From positions 14,685 to 78,684 of IMG/VR virus record IMGVR_UViG_3300028007_000001: a stretch of 64,000 nucleotides of DNA. One strand, given 5' to 3'. Positions 8,134 through 16,620 of this stretch are shown piece by piece. Within the stretch, counting starts at the first letter, position 1. Every line of letters begins with the position of its first letter. A program made the position numbers and the translations under genes. The stretch comes from a virus. The notes under the pieces are model-generated. The model was not told the origin of the DNA. It saw only the letters and a program-made list of their open reading frames with translations, and made no database searches.

Positions 8134-8570
8134 ACTTGCTAGCCACGCCCCACCGAACCCTCTCTACTCCACTCGGGAGGGGAAGCCGGGAACACCGGGG
8201 AAGGGTGGAACGAAGCAGATCCTCTAGGTATCCGTGGCTCACTGCCGACAGAGGTCGGTGCAAGGGAGAGAGGCGCTGGACTCAAAAGCAGTCCAGTCCT
8301 CTCTCCCAGCACCGGGAACGTCGTTCGGGCGACGTAAAACAGGGGTTAGGCCCGAAGCGGTATCCGAAAGGTTACGTCCCGAAAAACCGAACAAGGTGGC
8401 GTGGAGTGGGAGCGTCACCGAATCTCTGGCGGAATCCCACCCGGCAGAGAGAGAGTTCGGAAGCATCCTGCTAGGTCAGCCGGGCGGTCTAGCAGGTCAG
8501 GTTTATGTTCCGGCGAGGGAGTTGCCCGACCCCAGAAGAAAGGAGCGACGGCTCCATCGGGCACTCAAAA
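8134..8570 (+). ncRNA. candidate large structured RNA / leader of unknown class
   Basis: At least six hairpins and long-range complementarity (8153-8165 with 8448-8460; 8256-8314; 8318-8335; 8467-8496; 8518-8567) between the promoter and the first ATG at 8589. Confidence 0.55.
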
Positions 8571-8588
8571 TTCCGAAAGGGGTACGGT

Positions 8589-9491
8589 ATGACTCGCACG
8601 GACGTTCACGCTCCGAGCAACTTCGATCCTGCTGACTACGAGTACGTCACGTGGTTCTACAAGGGCGAGTGCCCGCAGTTGATTGAGGGCGAACTTCGAT
8701 TTTCGGATCGTCGTGAGCAGGCCGAGCGTCTGCTTTCCGAAAGTGCGTTCCGGGGCAACTACGCCAACCGAGGGAACTGCGATCACTGCGGCGCCTACTT
8801 CCTCTGGGTCACGGTGTGGCGTCACCGCCCGACCAACCAGCACATCGCTGTGGGCGAGATCTGCGCCTCCGAACGTTTCTCTCTGCCTAGCCGGGTGGCT
8901 TTCGAGTTGAAGTACGCCCGAGACCGGGTGGCCGAGGCTCGTCAGCGGGAGCGCCGCTACTCCGAAGTGGTGGAGTGGATGCAGAACGAGTGCCCCGACC
9001 TGATCCCGATCCTCAGTCGAGAGAACATCGAGGATCACCCTGCTTTCGGAAATTCGTTCGTTGCTGACGTTCGTCGGCGGCTGTGGCAGTACGGCCCGCC
9101 TCTGACCGAGCGGCAGGTTGCGGCTCTTCGGAGTGCGAAGCAACGCTCCGAGTCTGTCCAGCAGGAGCGTGAGGAAGAGACATACGTCCCTACGCCTCTT
9201 GGCCGCACGACGTTCGAAGGGGTCGTGGTCAAGACCGATACCAAGGAAAGCGACTACGGCATTCGGCACACGATGATCGTGAAGGTCGAGCAGGGCGAAG
9301 GCGTGTGGCTCTGCTACGTCACCATTCCGAACTCCATCCTTGGGGTGGGTCGTGGAGACCGTGTGCGTCTAACCGCCAAGATCGAGCGGGGTCGTGACGA
9401 ACATTTCGGATTCGGAAAGCGACCGACCCAAGCCGTGGTCGTGGCCCGAGCAGAAGAGGAACGAGCGGTTTCTGCTTCTGCACTTGACTAA
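8589..9491 (+). CDS. hypothetical protein with Zn finger and C-terminal OB-fold-like domain
   Basis: CDHCG...EIC; C-terminal FEGVVVKTD...GDRVRLTAKIER...GFGKRP beta-rich pattern. Confidence 0.6.
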   Translation: MTRTDVHAPSNFDPADYEYVTWFYKGECPQLIEGELRFSDRREQAERLLSESAFRGNYANRGNCDHCGAYFLWVTVWRHRPTNQHIAVGEICASERFSLPSRVAFELKYARDRVAEARQRERRYSEVVEWMQNECPDLIPILSRENIEDHPAFGNSFVADVRRRLWQYGPPLTERQVAALRSAKQRSESVQQEREEETYVPTPLGRTTFEGVVVKTDTKESDYGIRHTMIVKVEQGEGVWLCYVTIPNSILGVGRGDRVRLTAKIERGRDEHFGFGKRPTQAVVVARAEEERAVSASALD

Positions 9492-9512
9492 TCACAAACT
9501 TTGTGATATAGT
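9484..9512 (+). promoter_or_regulatory. promoter TTGACT-N17-TATAGT with TCACAAA-C-TTTGTGA palindrome in spacer
   Basis: Seen directly; a second -10 (TGc TATGGT) follows. Confidence 0.85.
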
Positions 9513-9540
9513 CTGCTATGGTCGTGAGAAAGGGGTACAC

Positions 9541-9894
9541 GTGAATCAGTACGAGGTTGGCGCCATCCTCCGGGTGAAGGCCAGGAGCGAGCAGGACGCT
9601 GTGGATACCGTTCATGGCGCCATCGACCGGGCCAGCCACCTTGACGACGGGACCGGACTTGTCGACGGTGTTGCGTACCGTCCGATTCCGGGTGCCAAGG
9701 TAATCGTGTTCCAGTGGAACACCGATCACGGCGAGTGCTACGAGTGCGGGCGCCCGGCTGCGTTCATGGTGGTCGACGCCGCCGCCCCTCGCCAGTACGA
9801 CCCGTCATACCCCTACAACCTTCGCTGTGCCTTGTGTGCTGCCAACAACGCAGCAGACGGCGAGACCATCCGACGAATCCGGGAGGAAGCATGA
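9541..9894 (+). CDS. hypothetical Zn-finger protein
   Basis: CYEC...CALC; AGGGGT RBS. Confidence 0.7.
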   Translation: MNQYEVGAILRVKARSEQDAVDTVHGAIDRASHLDDGTGLVDGVAYRPIPGAKVIVFQWNTDHGECYECGRPAAFMVVDAAAPRQYDPSYPYNLRCALCAANNAADGETIRRIREEA

Positions 9895-10199
9895 CCGTAG
9901 TGTCCAGACGAGACGGCGAACTGACGGTCGAAGGCGGCACGGTCGAAGAGATCATTCAGAAGATCGTCTTCGAAGAGGGGTGTTCAATCCTGATCACTCC
10001 CGTCACTCTCGCTGACGAGACCGTGACGATCTCGACCCGGATCTCGTACGGCGATCCCGAGCGGGACAACGTGGTCCGGGAAGCGTTCGACTATGCGGAG
10101 TGGGGCAACCATCCGGAGAGTTTCGAGCAGTCTCTCCGGTTCGCCGCTGGCAACCACTACGGAAGCCACGAAGACTTCGAAGACGACGAGGAAGGCTGA
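9891..10199 (+). CDS. hypothetical protein
   Basis: GGAGG RBS, start overlaps previous stop. Confidence 0.7.
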   Translation: MTVVSRRDGELTVEGGTVEEIIQKIVFEEGCSILITPVTLADETVTISTRISYGDPERDNVVREAFDYAEWGNHPESFEQSLRFAAGNHYGSHEDFEDDEEG

Positions 10200-10200
10200 C

Positions 10201-10524
10201 ATGGCGTACGGCTGGATCATCAACCGAGATCACCTGAGCCAGCAGAACAAGTCGATCATCGGCCCGTCCGAACTCGACGGCACCGACGAAGGTCACGATC
10301 TCATTGAGCGGCTGACCAACGGCGAGGGCGCCGAATTCCGAATCTACGACGACGACGGGTACCTCTACTACTCCGGTCGGTGCATCGTGGAGGGCGAGGA
10401 CGGGGTGACGTTCAGCGGCGGATCCGAAGAGTGGTTCGGGCCGCTGTGGGATTTCGGAGAACCGGGCGCCGGGGCAACCGAGATCCGATACAAGGACGAG
10501 CAGGGCGAGTGGAAGACGCTCTGA
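10201..10524 (+). CDS. hypothetical protein
   Basis: FRIYDDDGYLYYSG motif; RBS. Confidence 0.7.
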   Translation: MAYGWIINRDHLSQQNKSIIGPSELDGTDEGHDLIERLTNGEGAEFRIYDDDGYLYYSGRCIVEGEDGVTFSGGSEEWFGPLWDFGEPGAGATEIRYKDEQGEWKTL

Positions 10525-10537
10525 GGGAGGTCGTGAC

Positions 10538-10990
10538 GTGCAGATCTGGGGAGTGACCAAAGAGGAACTGGAATCCGTGATCCAGGACGTGGGCGACTTC
10601 TTCTACGGCGGAAACGTTCGCTTGGAGGGCTACGCCCCTCGCCCTGGGAACTCGGCCCTGTGGCACCTTCGTTACAACAAGCCTCGCAGCAAGGGCGGCA
10701 AGGGTGTTCGGATCGCTCGCAACGGCAAGACGGTTGGGTCGTGCTGGCACGTTCATCGAGACGTGATGGCCGAGATCTTCCGCCGCTTTCCGAATGCACG
10801 CATCAAGTCTGCTCTGGCAGACTACCGGAGCAAGGAGGACTTCGAACAGAAGTTTTCGGATACGTACGAGACGACGTACTACGGGATGGGTCCGTGGGGC
10901 ACGACAGAGGAATTCGGAAATTCGTGCCTCTGCTCCGAGGAAGGCCCACGGCCTGCGTTCCTTCCGCTCAACTACTCGGAGGTTGTGTGA
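10538..10990 (+). CDS. hypothetical protein
   Basis: GGAGG RBS; CWHVH motif. Confidence 0.7.
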   Translation: MQIWGVTKEELESVIQDVGDFFYGGNVRLEGYAPRPGNSALWHLRYNKPRSKGGKGVRIARNGKTVGSCWHVHRDVMAEIFRRFPNARIKSALADYRSKEDFEQKFSDTYETTYYGMGPWGTTEEFGNSCLCSEEGPRPAFLPLNYSEVV

Positions 10991-10991
10991 A

Positions 10992-11468
10992 GTGTCGCTG
11001 ATCGACAGCAACATGAAGATCTATTTGGCGAGGGCGTTCGCCATCGCCCACCACGGCGATCAGGTCGACAAGTGCGGGATGCCTTACGTCGGCCACCTGG
11101 AAAGGGTGGCGACCTTCGTTGAGGGGTGGCTCTCTCCTGGGTTCTCGACAGAGGTCGTTGTCGCTGCTTGGCTTCACGACGTGGTGGAGGACACCGACAC
11201 GACGGTCGGTGACGTAGAAGCGGCATTCGGAATGCGGGTCGGAGAACTGGTAGACCTGCTGACTCGGCGCCCCCATCCCGAAGAGACCCACGCCGAATAC
11301 ATCGAGAGGGTCTGTGCCGATCCCGACGCCGTAATCATCAAGATCGCTGACGTGTTGGACAACATGGATCCGAACCGCCGAAACTCCGAGGGCAACCGGC
11401 CCGACGAGTACGACGGGATGCTCACTCGCTACCACAAGGCGCTGGCTCGACTCGTTCGGGAACTCTGA
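10992..11468 (+). CDS. HD-domain hydrolase of the RelA/SpoT small alarmone hydrolase (Mesh1-like) type
   Basis: AHHGDQVDK...PYVGHL, AAWLHDVVEDT, V..LT, IKIADVLDN. Confidence 0.85.
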   Translation: MSLIDSNMKIYLARAFAIAHHGDQVDKCGMPYVGHLERVATFVEGWLSPGFSTEVVVAAWLHDVVEDTDTTVGDVEAAFGMRVGELVDLLTRRPHPEETHAEYIERVCADPDAVIIKIADVLDNMDPNRRNSEGNRPDEYDGMLTRYHKALARLVREL

Positions 11469-11487
11469 GTTTCGGAAAGGAAGACAC

Positions 11488-11718
11488 GTGAAGTTGGTCT
11501 ACCAGATCAAGTCCGGCGACCGGCTGACCAAGATCCTGCCAGGGATGGGCAATCCTCCCCAGCAGGTCTCGGTCAGCCTCACCGACCTTGTGGCCGGGAT
11601 TCTTTCGGATTCTCGACACGTGGCGACGGTCACGGTCCAACTCACGAACGGTGACGAGATCACCTACGCCCGCAACGAGGCGGGTGACAACGCAACCGAG
11701 AGGCTTCGGAACCGATGA
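11488..11718 (+). CDS. small hypothetical protein
   Basis: ORF with RBS in a tightly packed operon. Confidence 0.6.
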   Translation: MKLVYQIKSGDRLTKILPGMGNPPQQVSVSLTDLVAGILSDSRHVATVTVQLTNGDEITYARNEAGDNATERLRNR

Positions 11719-11885
11719 AGATGCTCTGCCCCTATCACCAGTACCAGTACGAGCAGGCGGCTTTCCTGTTCCAGTTCTCGGTGTTCCTTTTCGGAATCCA
11801 GAACACAGGCATGGCGGTAGCCAGTCTCGGGCAAGCCTTCTTCACCGCCGCAGACGCTCTCTCCTGTCACGGAATCGAGGGATGA
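11715..11885 (+). CDS. small hydrophobic protein (56 aa)
   Basis: Manual translation MKMLCPYHQYQYEQAAFLFQFSVFLFGIQ...; ATGA overlaps at both ends. Confidence 0.5.
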   Translation: MKMLCPYHQYQYEQAAFLFQFSVFLFGIQNTGMAVASLGQAFFTAADALSCHGIEG

Positions 11886-12178
11886 TGGAACAGTCCGACG
11901 TTCAGAAACTACGAGACGCCAAGGAGCAGGTCGCCCGAGCGAAGGCTGAGTTGGTCTCTGCCGTGAACAATCTGGCCTCGGTGATCAAGGACGTAGCACC
12001 TGCCAATGTCAAGATTCGGGTTCCCGAACTTTCGGAAATCCACACTCACTGGATTCCTTCGGCGGATACCTCGACCGCTTCGTCGGTCGGTACCTGCGGC
12101 CTCCACAATCACACCCCCGAGGAATACGGTCGTGAGCATGACGACACGACGGGCCTCCCGACAGATCGGCACCGATGA
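11882..12178 (+). CDS. hypothetical protein
   Basis: N-terminal coiled coil; ATGA overlap. Confidence 0.6.
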   Translation: MMEQSDVQKLRDAKEQVARAKAELVSAVNNLASVIKDVAPANVKIRVPELSEIHTHWIPSADTSTASSVGTCGLHNHTPEEYGREHDDTTGLPTDRHR

Positions 12179-12405
12179 TGTGGTGGCACGTGTATGCAGG
12201 CTCAATCCCTGGTGTCGGGGTCGTGACGGCCGTCAACAACTCTCTGACGCCTCCTGACGAGGCAGAAGAGTACGTCACGTTCCAGCAGTCAGTGCGGCTC
12301 GATCTCGTTCACTCGCTCGATCACAAGCCGTCTCCGGAAGAGTTGGTCGAGATCGTGGACGAGATGATGGAGAAGGCCAAGAACGGGTCTCCCGAGAACA
12401 ACTGA
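12175..12405 (+). CDS. hypothetical protein
   Basis: ATGA overlap, operon continuity. Confidence 0.6.
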   Translation: MMWWHVYAGSIPGVGVVTAVNNSLTPPDEAEEYVTFQQSVRLDLVHSLDHKPSPEELVEIVDEMMEKAKNGSPENN

Positions 12406-12423
12406 GAAATCGGGGTTTCGGAA

Positions 12424-12603
12424 ATGCGATGCGAGATCTGCGAGGACTCGACGGCCTGCCCTGACTGCGCCGGAACGGGAGAGTGCCAGGACTGCACCCC
12501 CGAAGACGACGACTGCGATATTTGCGCCGGGACTCATTCGTGTGTGGAGTGCGACGGCGACGGTGAGTGCCACTACTGCCGAGATTCGGAAAGAGAGGGG
12601 TAG
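12424..12603 (+). CDS. 59-aa acidic Cys-rich microprotein, DnaJ-type zinc finger-like
   Basis: Manual translation contains six CxxC (CEIC, CPDCAGTG, CQDC, CDIC, CVECDGDG, CHYC). Confidence 0.7.
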   Translation: MRCEICEDSTACPDCAGTGECQDCTPEDDDCDICAGTHSCVECDGDGECHYCRDSEREG

Positions 12604-12840
12604 GTGAAACCCATCGAGGTCTACTGCTCTGAGTGCGGGGCAGAACCAGGCAAGAAGTGCATCGACATGCGATACGCACGGAGGACCGGAACGTTCCCCA
12701 CTAACCGCCCGCACCGAATCCGAATCTTCTACGCCAACAACCCCGACAAGTGCGGGTGCTGCCCATTCCCCGGTGTATTCGATGATCCGCACGCCGATAA
12801 CTGCGCCTGTCACTACGAAGTTTCGGAAAGCGAGGGGTAG
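12604..12840 (+). CDS. small Cys/His-rich protein
   Basis: CSECGAEPGKKC...H..R; CGCC...CAC. Confidence 0.65.
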   Translation: MKPIEVYCSECGAEPGKKCIDMRYARRTGTFPTNRPHRIRIFYANNPDKCGCCPFPGVFDDPHADNCACHYEVSESEG

Positions 12841-12842
12841 CA

Positions 12843-13106
12843 ATGTACGGATGCAGATACTCAGACAACGACAGAGTGATGGAGCAACTGCGATCGACGG
12901 GGTATTCCGAACTGACCATACCCTTCTATCGTTTCTCCAAAGAGAGTGATGCCGTCAATGCCGCTCGCCAACGGGCCTATCGGTTGGCAAAGAAGATCGG
13001 GGTACGAGTTACGACAGCAGCAGGGTGGCATGTTTTGTACGTCTCGGTGCTGGACTCGAAACTACCCTCGCTAGCATCGAGGAAGCGTTCACGTCCTGAC
13101 TCGTAG
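12843..13106 (+). CDS. small basic hypothetical protein
   Basis: GAGGGGT RBS. Confidence 0.6.
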   Translation: MYGCRYSDNDRVMEQLRSTGYSELTIPFYRFSKESDAVNAARQRAYRLAKKIGVRVTTAAGWHVLYVSVLDSKLPSLASRKRSRPDS

Positions 13107-13419
13107 TACCGAATCCAACGTCAATAGATCCCCAAGTCAAACGAATTCAGAAAGATCGAGGGGTACAACACACCTACTATCTACATACCTACTCAGTACC
13201 GAGCGCCACGTCCCCGCATTCGCACCAGTTTCGAATCGCCAAATCCCGATACGCCATATCTATTCCCTCTTTCGGAAACTTCCATCCCATATCCGTGTCG
13301 TAGGTTTTGGTTCCGTTTCCCCTGGTCATGCCTTCCTCTCCCATTGCCGCCCCCATCCTCCGGTGGAGTAGAGAACCTCCATGCGTAGAGGAAAGAATGC
13401 ATAGGTATGTATAGGAATG

Positions 13420-13740
13420 TTGGGAATGTTCGGAAGCGTAGGGGATCTCGGGTAGAGGTACTGGGTAGTAGGGGGAAACCCCTCGTAGATTCGGAAAGAT
13501 CACATACGTAGGTACATATGGTTTCCGGAATTCGGATATCCGTGAGGCGTAGGCGTAGCCCCCGGATTCGGGGATTCGGATATGCGTAGTGCGTAGGCGT
13601 AGGTGGGATCTCCGAAAGCCCGAAGCGTAGAGCGCCCCCTCCTTTCCGAAAATCCGAATTCGGATACGGCCCGGCCTCGGTCAGCGATATCCGAATTCGG
13701 ATATAGGGAGGGGGTTGCACGGTATCCGAAAGCCCGATTG
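13420..13740. repeat. dense cluster of TCCGAA/TTCGGA and GCGTAG motifs
   Basis: About 11 TCCGAA/TTCGGA by eye, two TCCGAATTCGGA palindromes (13653, 13690), several GCGTAG. Confidence 0.85.
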
Positions 13741-13744
13741 CCCA

Positions 13745-13774
13745 TTGACAACCTTTCCCATAGTCTGCTATGGT
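13745..13774 (+). promoter_or_regulatory. promoter TTGACA-N18-TATGGT (extended -10)
   Basis: Shares ATAGT.TGCTATGGT with the promoters at 9484 and 14021. Confidence 0.8.
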
Positions 13775-13802
13775 AATGTTGCCATCGAGGAAGGGGTACG
13801 AC

Positions 13803-14024
13803 ATGCAAATCGCTGAGATTCAGGCCCAAGTGGAGATCGACCAACGTCACCATCCGGCTCCCCACGTTCCCTCTGGTCGTGTGATCGAGGTCGCCTGTCA
13901 GGGTGAGTACGTGATTGTCCGCACCAGAGGCACCACTCTCCTTCTCACCCCCAGCCAGGCCCGAGAGTTCGCTCGGGCACTCCGAAAGGCAGAACGCCAG
14001 GTTCGGAATGGAGAAACGGCTTGA
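13803..14024 (+). CDS. small hypothetical protein
   Basis: AAGGGGTAC RBS; LTPSQAREFARAL motif. Confidence 0.7.
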   Translation: MQIAEIQAQVEIDQRHHPAPHVPSGRVIEVACQGEYVIVRTRGTTLLLTPSQAREFARALRKAERQVRNGETA

Positions 14025-14049
14025 CAAACTTTCCATAGTGTGCTATGGT
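14021..14049 (+). promoter_or_regulatory. promoter TTGACA-N17-TATGGT (extended -10)
   Basis: Seen directly; AAACTTT follows the -35. Confidence 0.85.
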
Positions 14050-14080
14050 GAGTGAGTCAGCCAAACACAAGGGGTACGTC

Positions 14081-14452
14081 ATGCAGACATTCGAAGAGCG
14101 CATGGTGGAGGCACTGGAAAGCGGGGCACTGAAGCCCAGCCAGGTCGGCCTCACGGAGATCGAAGTCCGGTACTACGCCGATCCCACGGCTGAGGTACCC
14201 GAGGACAAGGAAGAGAACACGTGCGATCTCGTCGCCGTCACCTACACGGACGACGGCAAGCGCACGGCGCCGCACTGCGACAACGCCTACACCGACGACA
14301 AGAGCGACACGATCGAAGGTGTCGGCGGGGAGTACGCAACCACCGGAGATCGACGGGAGACCTTCTCCTACATCTCCGACGACAAGGACTTGGTAGCCCG
14401 AGTGGCAGCGATTCTGGACGGCCCAGCAATCAGCGCCATCATCGGGCAGTAG
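14081..14452 (+). CDS. acidic hypothetical protein
   Basis: AAGGGGTAC RBS. Confidence 0.7.
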   Translation: MQTFEERMVEALESGALKPSQVGLTEIEVRYYADPTAEVPEDKEENTCDLVAVTYTDDGKRTAPHCDNAYTDDKSDTIEGVGGEYATTGDRRETFSYISDDKDLVARVAAILDGPAISAIIGQ

Positions 14453-14479
14453 GACTGGCGTACCCCAACCCAGTAGGGA

Positions 14480-14815
14480 ATCCCCCGGTTTTCGGATCGG
14501 GGGATTCCCTTTTGCGTAGCAACGTATGGGAATTCGGAGTTTCGGAAATCGTAGGCGTAGCAGCGTAGCACCCCGGAAATCCGAAGGTCCGAAGCGTAGG
14601 TGTGGCCGGTCTCCGAGGATCCGAAACTCCGGCCTTGTGCATGTGATCACATTCACAAACTTTCCCCATACGTGCATACGTATGCAGGTTTCCGAATATC
14701 CGAATTCGGATATCGGCGGGCGCCGATCGGGCGAGTCCGAATTTCCGAAACTCCGGGCGCACGTGTGACTTTCGTCACATCGGGCAGAAAGTTTCCGAAT
14801 TCCATAGGAACCTAT
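14480..14815. repeat. second dense cluster of TCCGAA/TTCGGA motifs
   Basis: About 12 copies by eye, including ATATCCGAATTCGGATAT at 14696-14713. Confidence 0.85.
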
Positions 14816-14870
14816 GCTACGATGGCGCCGCAGGCGCCGAACGGCGGCGCCCAAGCGATAGGGGTACGCA

Positions 14871-15728
14871 ATGGCACGCACGATCGGTATGGAAATTGAG
14901 ACCGGATGCGATGACTGGGCGCCCGTTGTCGGTGGCATCCGTTCTCGTGGCGTCTACCTGGAAACGACCGACAACTACGCCACTGGCGAACGGGTCGACC
15001 AGTGGACGGCAAAGCCTGACGGGTCGGTCGATGGGATGGAAATCGTTTCTCCACCCTTCGAATTCGCTTCGCCATTCTGGCGTGACGAACTCCGGAAGGT
15101 TTGCGAAGGCGCCCGCTCGGGCGGCGCCCGCCCGCACTCTTCGGCCGGTATCCATGTCCACGTGGACGTCTCCGACCTTCCCGCCCGGAACGTGGCGAGT
15201 ATCGTCAAGTTCGTCCACAAGTTCGAAGACTTCCTGTACCGGATCGCTTCGGCAGGATGGCAAACGATCCGATCGGGCGCCGCTACCTACGCCAAGCCGA
15301 TTCACCCGAACCTCGCCCATGCCATGTACCGGGTACGTTCGGCGGGCGACCTTGAGCGGGCATGGTCGGGCGTCGACCGATACCACGCCGTGAACCTTCA
15401 CTCGTACTTCTTCCGGGGAACGGTGGAGTTTCGGATTTTCAACTCATCGTTGAATCCGGATCGCATCGCATCCTTCGTGGCGTTGTGTCACGGCATCGTT
15501 GAGGATGCAACTCGCCACTCCCGTTCGCTTTCGTCCGTCTATCCGGTCGGAGGAATGGCGTCCGGTGCTACGGACGAACGGGCGCTACTGCTTCGTCTCC
15601 AACAAATCCTCACATGCTATGACCGCGACACTTCGGCGCCCATGCTTCACGCTGACTGGCAAACCCTCCGCCGCACGTGCTGGCAAGAGTCTCGCCCGCA
15701 GGTCGCCGAATCACTCGCCCGGTGGTAA
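14871..15728 (+). CDS. putative amidoligase (COOH-NH2 ligase), copy 2
   Basis: IGMEIE, DGSV, EIVSPP, SAGIHVHV, YHAVNLHSYFFRGTVEFRIFNSS. Confidence 0.88.
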   Translation: MARTIGMEIETGCDDWAPVVGGIRSRGVYLETTDNYATGERVDQWTAKPDGSVDGMEIVSPPFEFASPFWRDELRKVCEGARSGGARPHSSAGIHVHVDVSDLPARNVASIVKFVHKFEDFLYRIASAGWQTIRSGAATYAKPIHPNLAHAMYRVRSAGDLERAWSGVDRYHAVNLHSYFFRGTVEFRIFNSSLNPDRIASFVALCHGIVEDATRHSRSLSSVYPVGGMASGATDERALLLRLQQILTCYDRDTSAPMLHADWQTLRRTCWQESRPQVAESLARW

Positions 15729-15798
15729 CGGGCGCACAACTCCCCGGCGCCCGTCATACGGGCGGGCGCCCATCCTTCGAACAGAAAGGTTTCTGACA

Positions 15799-16620
15799 AT
15801 GTGCAGACTCTTCGGCATGTACCTTCCGAAGCAGGAACGGATTCCTGCTAACGAGATCGCTGCCATGCTGGCATACCGTCTAACGGACCTAGGTCCGGAC
15901 GCCTACGGTGTCGCCACGTGGCAAGGCGGAAACGCAAAGGTTCGGCATTCAAACTACGTCGGCCGTGCTGACTCGCCCGCCGGTATCTGTACCATCCTGT
16001 CCACGGTGCCACGCCATGCACGGTGGGTTATCGGTCATACCCGGTACGCCACGCATGGGGATCCGGAGCACGCCTACAACAATCACCCGATTCGTCACGG
16101 CCGAATCATCGGCGCCCACAATGGCGTTATCTGGAACTACGCCGACATTCTCCGGGTGACTGGGCGCCACGATCGGCGGGCGGAAGTGGATTCCGAAGCA
16201 ATCTTCGCACTCGCCCACAAGTTCGGCGCCGACAACGTGGAAGAACTTTCCGAACTTTGCGGGAGCATCGCTGCTACGTATGTCGACATTCGGCGCCCGT
16301 CCACGTTGTATCTGCTTCGTGGTGCGGACTCGCCACTCATTGTCGGGCGAACGGAGAACGGCGGACTCATTTGGGCGAGCGAGCGCCAGGCACTCCACTC
16401 GCTTCGCCCGCTCGTGACCTACGTGGAAACAGTCGACATGCCAGAGGATCGGCTATACGTGGTGCGTGACGGGCGCATCGTGCAACGCCTGGACGTTCCT
16501 TTCTGGCATCCTCGCCCGGTTGTTCCTGCCAAGAAGAAGGGAGGAAAGTCAAAGGGTGCCACTACCCCCGGCGCCCAGCACAAGGCTAGCAAGCGTGGCG
16601 AGATCATTTTCGGAAAGTGA
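15799..16620 (+). CDS. class II (Ntn) glutamine amidotransferase, copy 2
   Basis: True start MCRLFG at 15799 (AGAAAGG RBS), GHTRYATHG, HNGVI, VDSE. Confidence 0.9.
   Translation: MCRLFGMYLPKQERIPANEIAAMLAYRLTDLGPDAYGVATWQGGNAKVRHSNYVGRADSPAGICTILSTVPRHARWVIGHTRYATHGDPEHAYNNHPIRHGRIIGAHNGVIWNYADILRVTGRHDRRAEVDSEAIFALAHKFGADNVEELSELCGSIAATYVDIRRPSTLYLLRGADSPLIVGRTENGGLIWASERQALHSLRPLVTYVETVDMPEDRLYVVRDGRIVQRLDVPFWHPRPVVPAKKKGGKSKGATTPGAQHKASKRGEIIFGK

Noticed and set aside
13420-14815. CRISPR mini-array
   Set aside because: Repeats are 6-18 bp, irregularly spaced and in both orientations, with no constant 25-40 bp repeat and unique spacers
13189-14938. ORFs of 100-290 aa across the repeat blocks
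   Set aside because: Translations are dominated by the repeated TCCGAA/TTCGGA motifs (RIR/SEF/PNS) and overlap better-supported genes; probably non-coding
15499-15798. 100-aa N-terminal extension of GATase 2 in the ORF track
   Set aside because: It overlaps amidoligase 2; Ntn enzymes need Cys at the N-terminus, and an RBS precedes ATG 15799
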